From the NCBI GenBank assembly GCA_963729895.1, contig CAVSQB010000009.1:137565-201564 (forward strand): 64,000 nt of DNA, read 5' to 3'. The position numbers were made by a program, and so were the translations under genes. The notes below the pieces were generated by a model. The model had not been told where the DNA came from, searched no databases, and saw nothing but the letters and a program-made list of their open reading frames with translations. Each line of letters begins with the position of its first letter. Position 1 is the stretch's first letter. Below, one piece after another: positions 38,669-48,058 of this stretch. Source of the DNA: an uncultured Fibrobacterota bacterium (GTDB lineage: Bacteria > Fibrobacterota > Chitinivibrionia > Chitinivibrionales > FEN-1185).

Positions 38669-38766
38669 TTTTGATTAATTGCCATAATGCAATAGGGTGA
38701 ACAACGGGAAAGGCTTCTTGAAGACTTTTTCCGATAGTTTCTTTCCAAAGAAAGGAACCCGGTAGA

Positions 38767-40014
38767 ATGGCATCAGGTACTTCTGCAGCTTCCAAAGGCG
38801 ACACGCCCTGGGTCAACCTCACCGTCGCGTGGCTCGGATGGTTGTTTGACGGAATGGAAATGGGGATCTATTCCCTTATCGCAGTTCCCGCGATCAAGGA
38901 ACTGCTGTCTCACTCTCATGACGCCCGGCCGGTAGGATGGTGGGTGGGTGTCATGTTTGCAATGTTCTTGCTCGGCGCCGCGCTTGGCGGATACGTTTTT
39001 GGAAGGCTGGGCGACAGGATAGGCCGGGTAAAGACCCTTGCGCTTACCATCGTCACCTACTCGCTGTTCACGGGCCTAAGCGCGCTATGCCAGGATCCCC
39101 TGCAATTTGCCGCGTGCCGCTTCCTCGGAGCGCTCGGACTCGGCGGTGAATGGGGCCTTGGAGTCGCACTTGTCATGGAGTCGTGGTCCAACAAGAGCCG
39201 TCCGGCGCTTGCCGGCATTCTTGGCGCGGCCGCCAATATCGGATTTCTCGTATGTGCAGTCATCGGCTTGTGCGTGGGCTCGCTGAGCTGGCGCTGGATC
39301 CTGCTTATCGGGCTTGTCCCGGCGATTACCGTGCTCTTCCTGCTTTTGGGGGTGCGCGAACCGGAGGCTTGGAAGAAATCGAAAGAGCGAGGGGAAAAAC
39401 CGGACCTCAAAATCCTGTGGCAACCCGGCCTGCGTTACAAAACCGTGATGGGGTGCCTTATTGCATCGGTTGTGGTGCTTGGGACCTGGGGAGTCTTTCA
39501 ATGGATTCCTTCATGGGTGAACCAGATGGTAGGCGGCAACGCCGCGCACGAGCGGGCGACAACGCAGATGTTCATGGCCATCGGGCAGATCGCCGGCGCT
39601 TTTGCGGGCGGGTTTATCGCGGAATGGATCGGCCGCAGAAAGTCATACGCCCTGTTCTGCATCGGAAGCCTGATATTCTCGGTCGCCCTGTATTCCACGG
39701 TCCGCACCTACGGTCCGCTTCTCTGGGTGATGGCGGCAGTTGCCGGCGTTTTCAGTACGGCATTTTTCGGGTGGCTTCCGCTTTACCTACCGGAGCTCTT
39801 TCCGACCAGGATCAGAGCAACCGGGGAAGGCATCACCTATAATTTTGGACGCATTTTGGCTGCAGTGGGCGTTTTTGCGGGAACAGGAAATCTTGTCGCC
39901 CATTTCGGCGGTTCGTTTGCAAAGGCAGGCTCGGTGATGGCGCTTGTTTATCTTGTCGGCCTTGTTCTCATCTGGTTCCTGCCGGAAACAAAGGGTCAAG
40001 AACTGCCGGATTGA
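38767..40014 (+). CDS. MFS transporter (sialate/organic-acid:H+ symporter-like)
   Basis: LGWLFDG, GRLGDRIGRVK, GLGGEWG, ELFPTRIRATG, LPETKG; 12 TM. Confidence 0.92.
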   Translation: MASGTSAASKGDTPWVNLTVAWLGWLFDGMEMGIYSLIAVPAIKELLSHSHDARPVGWWVGVMFAMFLLGAALGGYVFGRLGDRIGRVKTLALTIVTYSLFTGLSALCQDPLQFAACRFLGALGLGGEWGLGVALVMESWSNKSRPALAGILGAAANIGFLVCAVIGLCVGSLSWRWILLIGLVPAITVLFLLLGVREPEAWKKSKERGEKPDLKILWQPGLRYKTVMGCLIASVVVLGTWGVFQWIPSWVNQMVGGNAAHERATTQMFMAIGQIAGAFAGGFIAEWIGRRKSYALFCIGSLIFSVALYSTVRTYGPLLWVMAAVAGVFSTAFFGWLPLYLPELFPTRIRATGEGITYNFGRILAAVGVFAGTGNLVAHFGGSFAKAGSVMALVYLVGLVLIWFLPETKGQELPD

Positions 40015-40067
40015 TTTGCATCCGGTAATCGTTTCGCAAGGCATTTTGTTGTGCAGTCTTATTATAA

Positions 40068-40104
40068 GAAAGGCTCTTCCATCGGGAGAAGCCTTCTTTT
40101 TTTT
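40068..40104 (+). terminator. Probable intrinsic terminator
   Basis: Imperfect GAAAGGCTCTTCC...GGGAGAAGCCTTC stem followed by a long T-run. Confidence 0.55.
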
Positions 40105-40164
40105 ATGTGCGGCGAGGGTCGGGTGCAATGCGATGCAATGAGACAAGCTTGCTGCAACGTGGGA

Positions 40165-40596
40165 TCATTTGAGAATTATCATCTTCTTGACAGCCGTATA
40201 ATTGCGGGACCACATTCGGTAATAGTATTCTCCGCTTGAAAGAGCGTTCACGGGAAAATGGACATCATACCAATAGCCCGCCATACAGTAGCCGTTGTCC
40301 GGAATCGCAAAGTACCCGATTTCCCTGCCTGCGGTGTTGTACAGCTTTAGGCTCACGGGACCGGCTTGAATAAGGTAAAAATAGATGTCGGTGTAACTTG
40401 ACGCCGGATTCGGCTGGTTCTGAAGAAGAATGGTCCTGTCGGAGGCCTTTCCCGGCTGAAAGGGGCGGACAACCGTCTCGTCTCCCGTTATCTTGCATCC
40501 CGGAATTGCCGGGAGACGCGTGGTGTCGCCGCACGGGGAACCGCCAGCAACTTCCGCGCAAAGAAACAAGAGGAAGAGCACAAGGAGCAATCGCAT
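40165..40596 (-). CDS. Small secreted protein consisting mostly of a T9SS type-A CTD-like domain
   Basis: Signal peptide; LLQNQPNP, VSLKLYNTAGREI, LSSGEYYYRM, KKMIILK. Confidence 0.75.
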   Translation of the reverse strand: MRLLLVLFLLFLCAEVAGGSPCGDTTRLPAIPGCKITGDETVVRPFQPGKASDRTILLQNQPNPASSYTDIYFYLIQAGPVSLKLYNTAGREIGYFAIPDNGYCMAGYWYDVHFPVNALSSGEYYYRMWSRNYTAVKKMIILK

Positions 40597-40657
40597 TTGT
40601 CTACCCTGCCTCCTCCGGAACCTCGCCTGTAGATGGCTGCTTGGGCCTGTAACGGAA

Positions 40658-40689
40658 GAATCCCCGCCCAACCGGGCGGGGATTCTTTT
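40658..40689. terminator. Intrinsic terminator-like hairpin
   Basis: GAATCCCCGCCC-AACC-GGGCGGGGATTC. Confidence 0.65.
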
Positions 40690-40735
40690 GCGCAGAAAAA
40701 ATACTTCAAATTGCGGTCTCTCGGGCGGATCCGTC

Positions 40736-41935
40736 CTACTTGTACGAAATCACCACGCCGCTGAGCCCGTCGACGGTTGCGGTAGTGTCCCTGGAGGGAA
40801 CGTAAGCGAGAGGCGGAGTCCGCACCTGGGGCTGGCTTCCCAAGGTAATACTGTCTGCAAAGAGAATATTGTACTGGTTGTCCACGTTCATCTCGATGCA
40901 GAACCTGTACGGAGTCCCTTGGTTGAGAGGGACGAAGTAATTGGGATTAAAGTCAAACGAATTGTTGCCTACAATCGGCGTGGCTTTGGTGACCGCATCC
41001 ACAAAGCCGGTGTCGTTGTTCTTCAGATTGGACCATCTGGTAGTGTCCGACCCTCTCCAATCCGGACATATTACGTATCTTGGATAGGCGTATCCCGTAG
41101 AAGAGAGCCAGCCGCTCACAAACAGGGTATTCACATAATTCTTGTTCATGTCTTGAATGAAGACTGCCGTGCAAAGCGTCACGGTAGGGTCGTTGGCGGT
41201 GGAACCCTGGTTCATGGTGCAGGTGAAACTGAGAACCTTGTTCTGCGCCTGCGCAGCCGTGCGGAGTACAACGTAGTGCGACCCAACATACGATGGAAGC
41301 GGCCAGCTGTTGGTAACATAGCCGGGTGCCGAAACGATGAGGCTTTCGATGACCGCGGCTTTCTTGCCAAGAGGGACCACCGGCGCGCCGCCGGAAACGG
41401 CTTGCACCACCGTGGACGACGCAACGCGGCTGCCGATCAGGGGCATCCTCAGGTAAAAAGTCCGGTCTCCTATGCAGGCGCGCACCACATAGGTCTGCGA
41501 TGTTTTTACGACGGAAAAGGGACTTACCCGGTAATTGCCCGGCTTCATATTAGTATTGACAAGTTCAACAGCCTTCCTGCCGGAAAGGGTGAACAGATCT
41601 ATCTTCACTTGCTGAATCTTCTGGGGCACATTGAAATAGAGACCGTCCGATGTCAGAAAGGGCCGCGATGCAAATACCGACTTCTGCGCCGACATGCGCA
41701 CAGCATTGGGAATAAGAGCGTTGAACTGAAAAGAGCCGGGATATAGGCCCGATGTATCGGTGGTGGTGTCCAGATTTGCGTTCTTGAGGCGACAGGTTGC
41801 CCCCTTTATTGGTTGCCCGTCCCAGTTGTTCACATATCCCATGAGTTGGACAATTAGAGTGTCTTGAGAAAAAGACGCGGCGGCAAAAGCGACGACAAAA
41901 ACAAATGCGGCACAGACCTTATTCCTACACAACAT
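40736..41935 (-). CDS. Secreted protein: carboxypeptidase-regulatory-like N-domain, internal CTD-like module, C-terminal DUF2271-like domain
   Basis: GQPIKGAT..TTTDTSG; IDLFTLSGRKAVEL; AVFIQD...YVNTLFVS..W...DAVTKATP. Confidence 0.6.
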   Translation of the reverse strand: MLCRNKVCAAFVFVVAFAAASFSQDTLIVQLMGYVNNWDGQPIKGATCRLKNANLDTTTDTSGLYPGSFQFNALIPNAVRMSAQKSVFASRPFLTSDGLYFNVPQKIQQVKIDLFTLSGRKAVELVNTNMKPGNYRVSPFSVVKTSQTYVVRACIGDRTFYLRMPLIGSRVASSTVVQAVSGGAPVVPLGKKAAVIESLIVSAPGYVTNSWPLPSYVGSHYVVLRTAAQAQNKVLSFTCTMNQGSTANDPTVTLCTAVFIQDMNKNYVNTLFVSGWLSSTGYAYPRYVICPDWRGSDTTRWSNLKNNDTGFVDAVTKATPIVGNNSFDFNPNYFVPLNQGTPYRFCIEMNVDNQYNILFADSITLGSQPQVRTPPLAYVPSRDTTATVDGLSGVVISYK

Positions 41936-42399
41936 GAAGCCTCCTTCTAAAGGGAAACTGACGTTCCATGCTATTATACTTTGGGTCCCGGACAAAATTC
42001 AACTGAAACCAGCCAATAAATACAAATAGTTTTCAGATTATTACTCTGGCAGTAATAACTGCACAAAATGTGCGGCTTTTGTACCATGAAATCGAGGTCT
42101 TGTTTTCTGCACATTTGATTGTTGGAGTAATAATAATCTATCAAATAATTCTCCAGCCGACGGCATTTTTTTTCTTACCCGCAGTAAGGAGATTTTAATG
42201 ATTCACCGACAAAAACAGGGGCGATGTGCATATATTATTGGGTAGTCAAGCGCGGAAGAAGAAACGTAAAGACCCGGTGTTGGCGCGATTCTGTTGCCAG
42301 CCAAGGGCGCGAGGCTTCGAAACGAATCGGAAGTGCGTGGTGCGGCTTGCTTGACAACAAGAGCCAAAAGAGCATGGACCTCTTCAATCTGGAGGGTCT

Positions 42400-43719
42400 A
42401 TGAAATTAAATGGGATAGCAGGCTCTCTTCTCGCCCTTTTCCTTGTTAACACAGGCTACGCGCAGCCGGAATTCACTGCCGACAGCATCAAAAACATGTG
42501 CAAGCGCGTGGCAGGCGGACGCCTCAATTCGAATCTCTATAACGGCTGGCAGGTGGCAACTTATTTCGAAGGCATCATGGCTCTCTATGGCTTGACACAG
42601 GACAAACAGTACCTCGACACCACCGTGGCATGGGGGAACTACCATAATTGGCTGTCCGCCGCCGCCGCGCCTGATACGTTCGCCGCCAGCTACGATGACG
42701 TCTGCTGCTATCAGGCCTATCTGGAGACTTATCTGGCCGACCCCCAACCCGCGAATTTGCCGCATGTGCAGCCGGCGCTCGATTATATAGAGCGGTACAC
42801 CTATCAGATTTGTCCAAACAAATGCGGCGATGTGTGTTGGCCCATCGTTGACCAGTATCAAATGGCTGCGCCGAGTTATCCCCGCACGGCTCTCATTCTC
42901 AGCGACACGACCATGTATGATTCGATTTACCATTTTATCGTGATGAACGCAACCCACCATTATAACGTTAAATTCCACCTTTTCAATTCAAATTGCAGCG
43001 ACACCAGCGTTACCCGACAGTGGTGGGGCCGCGGCTGCGGCTGGGGCGTCGGCGCGACGTGCAGGATCCACCAATACCTGCCGCAAGGCCACCCGGGACG
43101 CACCTGGTGCGAACAGAGAATACGCGAGACCTGCGCCGAGCTGATAACCCTTCAGAACCAGACGGATGGCATGTGGCGCAGCGAGCTGTTTACGCCCTCT
43201 TGGAACAAGGAAGCAAGCGGCAGCGGTTTCTTTTGCTACGAGCTGTTCTATGCTTTACGAAATGGCATCATCGACACCGCTACATATCTTGGCCCCGCAA
43301 AGAAGGCCTGGGAAGGCCTTATCGGGTGCGTGGGCGTTGATCCCGCGCACCCCAATCTTCCCGGCTGGTCTCAGGGCGTCGGCGGTGGGCCTTCCAATAA
43401 CTTTGGCCCCACGAACCACGACGAATACACCGAAGGCGCATTCCTTTTGGCAGGAAACGAGTTTTACCAGTTAGTGAAAAACGGTGTGTCCATGGCTGCT
43501 GATAATCGCCACCGACCGGTACCGACGCCGGGGAAACGCTCGGTGACGGCAGTCTGGACGATAAATGCAAGGTCGATTACGATGCCGCAAAATGCGACGC
43601 AAATTGAATTGTTCAATATCCAAGGCAGGAAGTTGTATGCGGGACTATTCGATGCAAAAATTCTGTTCCCACTGGCATGCGGAAATGGCATAATAATAGT
43701 AAAGTATGAATTGAAATAG
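42400..43719 (+). CDS. Secreted GH105/GH88-family hydrolase, paralogue of 7403..8749
   Basis: Catalytic core nearly identical to the first copy (YQAYLETYLADPQ.ANLPHVQPALDYIERYTYQICPNKCG, WWGRGCGWGV); different tail. Confidence 0.82.
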   Translation: MKLNGIAGSLLALFLVNTGYAQPEFTADSIKNMCKRVAGGRLNSNLYNGWQVATYFEGIMALYGLTQDKQYLDTTVAWGNYHNWLSAAAAPDTFAASYDDVCCYQAYLETYLADPQPANLPHVQPALDYIERYTYQICPNKCGDVCWPIVDQYQMAAPSYPRTALILSDTTMYDSIYHFIVMNATHHYNVKFHLFNSNCSDTSVTRQWWGRGCGWGVGATCRIHQYLPQGHPGRTWCEQRIRETCAELITLQNQTDGMWRSELFTPSWNKEASGSGFFCYELFYALRNGIIDTATYLGPAKKAWEGLIGCVGVDPAHPNLPGWSQGVGGGPSNNFGPTNHDEYTEGAFLLAGNEFYQLVKNGVSMAADNRHRPVPTPGKRSVTAVWTINARSITMPQNATQIELFNIQGRKLYAGLFDAKILFPLACGNGIIIVKYELK

Positions 43720-43775
43720 GTCTGGCCGACACGCTTGTTCATTGAATCAACTTTTTCCCAGAAAAGGGTTCGCAC

Positions 43776-44708
43776 ATGTTGAAAAAGATTTCATTGGTAC
43801 TTACTCTGATGAGCGGGCTTGCCGCTTTATCTTTTGGTGCCTCGACAAAAATCGTGGCCCTTGACTGTTTTCATAATACCGAGACCCCGGCCCACTACAC
43901 GTGGGACCAAACAGGGTTGGGCGGCTTTTCTAATTTTGGGGGAATAATTTTGAGTCTCGGCGCCGATACGACGAGGATAACCAAGGCTTTCGATTCCGCC
44001 GACCTTGCGCCATTTAGCGTACTCATCATCGTCAATCCATGCACACCCGCCAATCCCGGGGTTATCAATCCCAATTACATTGCCGATTCGGAAGCCGCTG
44101 CGGTAGACAAATGGGTACAGCGCGGAGGCAAGCTGATGATGTTTGCGAACAATATCGGTAACTGCGAATTCACTCACTACAACGTTTTAGCGGGCAAATT
44201 TGGTATTATGTTCAATCAGAATACCCAGACCGGAGGGTCGACGTTCGGGCCTGTGCCGACGAACGAGGTCTTTTCAAATTGCTCAACCTTCTACATTGTT
44301 AACATGTGCAACCTTTCCATCACCTCACCAGCCCAATCCATTTTCACCTTTCAGGATAGCGTGTTGATGGCAGTGGGAACAAAGGGTAGCGGTGTATTTT
44401 TTGCCGTTGGAGATCCCTGGGTCTACAACGAGCATATTGCAGCGCAGGACAATATCAAGGGGATAACTAAGGTAGTGACTTGGCTGCTCGGGAACACAAC
44501 GCCGGTTTTGCGAAGCATGGCCGGAGCGCAGCGGGAGGCACAGAAAAGCTTGCAAAACGGCTATCGGCTGGTTTTGCCCAACGGCAGGCTGGTTTCCAGC
44601 GGGGCGGTCTATCCGCCCGGGTCATCGTTTGCCCCAAAAGCCCACGGAGTGGTATATATAGAGGGAACTTCCGGCGGCGGCCAGGAGCACGTGTCACTGC
44701 GCCCGTGA
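43776..44708 (+). CDS. Secreted DUF4350-like (GATase-fold) protein, a domain often linked to GH105
   Basis: VALDCFHN..HYTW..GGFS.FG, LIIVNP, WVQRGG.L, NCEF.H.N.LA.KFG, AVGDPWVYNE. Confidence 0.7.
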   Translation: MLKKISLVLTLMSGLAALSFGASTKIVALDCFHNTETPAHYTWDQTGLGGFSNFGGIILSLGADTTRITKAFDSADLAPFSVLIIVNPCTPANPGVINPNYIADSEAAAVDKWVQRGGKLMMFANNIGNCEFTHYNVLAGKFGIMFNQNTQTGGSTFGPVPTNEVFSNCSTFYIVNMCNLSITSPAQSIFTFQDSVLMAVGTKGSGVFFAVGDPWVYNEHIAAQDNIKGITKVVTWLLGNTTPVLRSMAGAQREAQKSLQNGYRLVLPNGRLVSSGAVYPPGSSFAPKAHGVVYIEGTSGGGQEHVSLRP

Positions 44709-44830
44709 TTGACAGAGGGCTATCGCGCTTCCCGTTTTCCGCATGTGAAGAGCATTTTTGCGGCGACATCGAGCCGTATCTTTGATTGCCGCCGTTCTTG
44801 CCCACCGTCAATTATTTTTAATGTACCACC

Positions 44831-45850
44831 ATGATCTTCTCTACCCGCCCGCTGTGTATTTCCCTTTTTGCAATCTGTTTCCTATCCGCCTCCTGTTCGA
44901 GGGAAGCGCGCAAGCCGGTCCCGGCATTTCCATTGCTCGGCGACGGTCTTTCTCTCGAACAGTCGTGCGTGTCGCTGTCAAAATATCTGGGAGCCGTGCT
45001 GGCGGATGCGGACACGAATTCGTCCGGTTCGTTCTACCGCATCCTCGACTCGGCGGCAGCCGGGCTCGGCCGTTCCCTCAACGCTGGAAACGCTTCGACT
45101 GCAGCGGCGGATTCAATTCTGGCGGTCGTCTATCATCGGTGGAGCATCGCTTTCGATCCCCGCGACACGGCGCCCCAATCGCTGCTTCCCCACCTCGTTT
45201 ACAAAAACAGGAAGGGCGCCTGTCTCGGCGTCTCTCTAGTCATGCTCATGCTCGCTGAAAAACTCCGCTGCCCCTTTTACGGCGTTCTGCTGCCCGGCCA
45301 TTTCTTCTGCAGGTTCGACAACAGCAAGACGCGGTTCAACATCGAACCGAACAAATCGGGATTCAGCCACCCCGACGACTATTACCGGCAGCGGTATCCT
45401 ATTGCAGACCGTCCGTGGTACAACCTCAAAAACCTTTCTAAAGAAGAGGCAATCGGCGTGTTCTGCTATAATGCCGGGACAATCTGCCTTGACCGCGCGC
45501 GCTGCGATCCTGCCGTCATTCTTTTTCGCGAGGCTGCGCGCAGGTTGGGCGGTCTCCCCGAGGCGCGCGGCAACCTGGCGCTCGCCCTGGCCCGGAGGGG
45601 AAGCCCTGATTCGGCCATGATCGTTTTCGACACTCTGTTTCGCGAACACCCGGACTTTGTCAACCTTGCAGCCAACTATGGCGGCGTGGCCATGGAGGCG
45701 AAGCAATACGAAAAGGCCGAAAGAATTTTCAAGAAAGGGCTTGAGTATTTTCCCGAGGACTCGGTCCTGCTTTTGGGGTTAAGTCAGGTATATTTGGTGC
45801 TGGAGACCAAATATAGCCCCCCTAAATCCCCCGAAGGGGGACTTAAATAG
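44831..45850 (+). CDS. SirB1/transglutaminase-like domain plus TPR protein (possible lipoprotein)
   Basis: RKGACLGVS, GVLLPGHFFCRF, NIEP; C-terminal TPR helices (ARGNLALAL, YEKAERIFKKGLE). Confidence 0.75.
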   Translation: MIFSTRPLCISLFAICFLSASCSREARKPVPAFPLLGDGLSLEQSCVSLSKYLGAVLADADTNSSGSFYRILDSAAAGLGRSLNAGNASTAAADSILAVVYHRWSIAFDPRDTAPQSLLPHLVYKNRKGACLGVSLVMLMLAEKLRCPFYGVLLPGHFFCRFDNSKTRFNIEPNKSGFSHPDDYYRQRYPIADRPWYNLKNLSKEEAIGVFCYNAGTICLDRARCDPAVILFREAARRLGGLPEARGNLALALARRGSPDSAMIVFDTLFREHPDFVNLAANYGGVAMEAKQYEKAERIFKKGLEYFPEDSVLLLGLSQVYLVLETKYSPPKSPEGGLK

Positions 45851-46285
45851 AAAAGGATCAAAACCCCCTAAGGTGGAGAATGCGTCACAAAAAATACAGC
45901 CCCAAGCATGTAATTCAATTAGCCCGAAAAATGCGTGCTGATATGACTGAAACAGAAAAGATTTTATGGAGTGAATTGAACTCTAAAAAACTTGATGGTC
46001 TTCGTTTCCGAAAGCAACACCCCCTTGGAAGATATATTGCCGACTTCTGCTGCTATTCAGTCAAGATGGTGATTGAGATTGATGGTGGAATCCACTCAAC
46101 GCAAAAAGAGTATGACATAAACAGGGATAAACATCTTTCCGCTCAAGGATATTCTGTTCTGAGATTTACTGACAGGCAAATTAAAGAAAATCTATCGGAA
46201 GTAATGACCGCATTCAAAAATTTTGCTGTTACTGGCAAAGATGTCCCCTTCCCATTAAGTCCCCCTTCGGGGGATTTAGGGGGCT
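45815..46285. repeat. Inverted pair of REP-like elements bracketing the DUF559 gene
   Basis: 45815-45846 AGCCCCCCTAAATCCCCCGAAGGGGGACTTAA and its reverse complement (one C fewer) at 46255-46285. Confidence 0.85.
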
Positions 46286-46290
46286 TATGA
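45880..46290 (+). CDS. DUF559 (Vsr-like) endonuclease
   Basis: ARKMR..MTETEKILW, FRKQHPLGRYIADF, IEIDGGIH, D..RD..L...GY.VLRF. Confidence 0.92.
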   Translation: MRHKKYSPKHVIQLARKMRADMTETEKILWSELNSKKLDGLRFRKQHPLGRYIADFCCYSVKMVIEIDGGIHSTQKEYDINRDKHLSAQGYSVLRFTDRQIKENLSEVMTAFKNFAVTGKDVPFPLSPPSGDLGGL

Positions 46291-47990
46291 ATAAATTGAC
46301 CTATTATCTCCCCATTCCCCTCTGCGCCGCCCTGGCCGCCTTTTTCTGTTATTTTCCCATCACCGACACGGACATTTTCTGGCACCTTGCCGCCGGAAGG
46401 GAGATGGTCGCTTCCGGCCATTTCCTGTATTCCGACCCGTTCAGCTTTACGCTTGCGTCACCCCGGTGGATAGACCTGCACTGGCTGTTTCAGCTTATTG
46501 TTTACGGTTTGTATCTGTTGGGCGGACTACAGGCGCTGGTCTGGTTCAAACTGGCTGTCGTGGCTTTCACCTCGGTGTTGCTCTGCAGCGCGTTCCGCTC
46601 GCTACGATATGCATTCGCAAGCGCCTTCCTCTGCGCGGTGTTGTTTTACGAGGCCCGGTACCTTGTGTGCGAGAGGCCGGTGCTCATCACCCTGCTCTGC
46701 ATGTCGAGCTACATTTTCCTTTTTGAACGGGTGAAACAGGGAGCAAGAACTTCCTCGCTGTGGCTGTGCGTACCTCTGCAGGTTATCTGGACAAATTCGC
46801 AGGGCTTGTATCCGATCGGCATTTTTATCATCGGCGCGTACTGGATCGAAGCGATGTTTGATGCCGGGCAAACAGGCCGCCGCGAGAAGGGGCCGGGTAC
46901 ATTCCTTTTGAACGCCTGTACCCCCATCTTAATCGCCTGCAGCCTGGCCTGCCTGCTTAACCCCTATGGAATTTGGGGCCTTCTGCTTCCGTTTACGCTG
47001 TTCGGCCGCATCGCCCCGGCGGCGCAGAACCTGTATTCCCTTAACATTTCTGAAAACGTCCCGCTGCCGGCGCTTACGGGGTTCGAGGCGGGCTACCGGA
47101 CGGCGGTGATCGCCGCGGCAGGTGTCGCGTGCATTCTATTCTTTGTCAACAGGCGGAACGCCCGGCCCGCACACCTGGTCCTGTTTCTCGGATTTCTGGG
47201 GCTGGCGTACAGCGCGGTCCGCAACGTTCTATTGTACTTTGTGATAATCGTCCCGGTTGTCGGATACAATGTTATGCGTCTGGAGGCATGGAGCCGGTTT
47301 GCGGCTCTCGGCCGCAAGGCGAAACGGCTTGCCGCACTTTTGGGCTTCGCAGCCGCGGCCGCAATCCTTTTTTTGCCTGTTGCAAACCACGCGGCCGTCG
47401 TGGCGGCCTACCCTCCGCACCGGACCCTGTCGCCGTTTCGGTTTCCCGAAAAGATCACGGAATACCTGAAGGCCAATCCGGTGGAGGGCCAAATGTTCAA
47501 CGACATCAGGTACGGCGGGTACCTTATGTGGGAGTTGTACCCGCATAAACGGGTATTTGCAGACGGCAGGCTCGTGATCCGGCCGCCGCAGTTTTTCGCC
47601 GACTACCTCACGATATGCGATCAGCCGGAGCTGTTCTTCTTTGCTGCGGAAAAATTCAACGTGACCCACGTGATCGTGCCGTCGGCCATCTTCACCCAAT
47701 ACCGGAAGCTTATCGCGAGACTGTGCGCATCAAGCGAGTGGCATCTCGAATACACCGACGGCTCGTCGTTCCTGATTGTTAAGAACAGCGCCTCAAAGAG
47801 GCCGGCGGTGAAGCTTGGAGACACGGCGGCAGCGATGGCGATTGCAGACAGCATCTGCTTGCAATGGCGCGACGCGCCGTATGTGCGCCGGGAAGCGCTG
47901 GGGTATTTTGCGGACATGCTGGGGTACCTGGGGTTTGAGCGGTCGGAAAAGGCGGTAGAAAAAAGGGAAATCGCCACAGGGACACCATAA
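46287..47990 (+). CDS. Polytopic membrane protein, GT-C glycosyltransferase-like
   Basis: DTDIFWHLAAGR, DPFSFT, WLFQ, ERP, WTNSQG, LNPYG, FND..YGGYL.W, FADGR. Confidence 0.65.
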   Translation: MNKLTYYLPIPLCAALAAFFCYFPITDTDIFWHLAAGREMVASGHFLYSDPFSFTLASPRWIDLHWLFQLIVYGLYLLGGLQALVWFKLAVVAFTSVLLCSAFRSLRYAFASAFLCAVLFYEARYLVCERPVLITLLCMSSYIFLFERVKQGARTSSLWLCVPLQVIWTNSQGLYPIGIFIIGAYWIEAMFDAGQTGRREKGPGTFLLNACTPILIACSLACLLNPYGIWGLLLPFTLFGRIAPAAQNLYSLNISENVPLPALTGFEAGYRTAVIAAAGVACILFFVNRRNARPAHLVLFLGFLGLAYSAVRNVLLYFVIIVPVVGYNVMRLEAWSRFAALGRKAKRLAALLGFAAAAAILFLPVANHAAVVAAYPPHRTLSPFRFPEKITEYLKANPVEGQMFNDIRYGGYLMWELYPHKRVFADGRLVIRPPQFFADYLTICDQPELFFFAAEKFNVTHVIVPSAIFTQYRKLIARLCASSEWHLEYTDGSSFLIVKNSASKRPAVKLGDTAAAMAIADSICLQWRDAPYVRREALGYFADMLGYLGFERSEKAVEKREIATGTP

Positions 47991-48058
47991 ATACTAATTC
48001 AATTCACAATTGTTCAAAACAGGATGACAATTTGAGTTGGATTCGGCTTCCCAATATG

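Noticed and set aside
42335..42350. TGGTGCGGCTT, reminiscent of a raiA-motif RNA segment
   Set aside because: The rest of the raiA consensus is absent; kept only as an unassigned leader candidate
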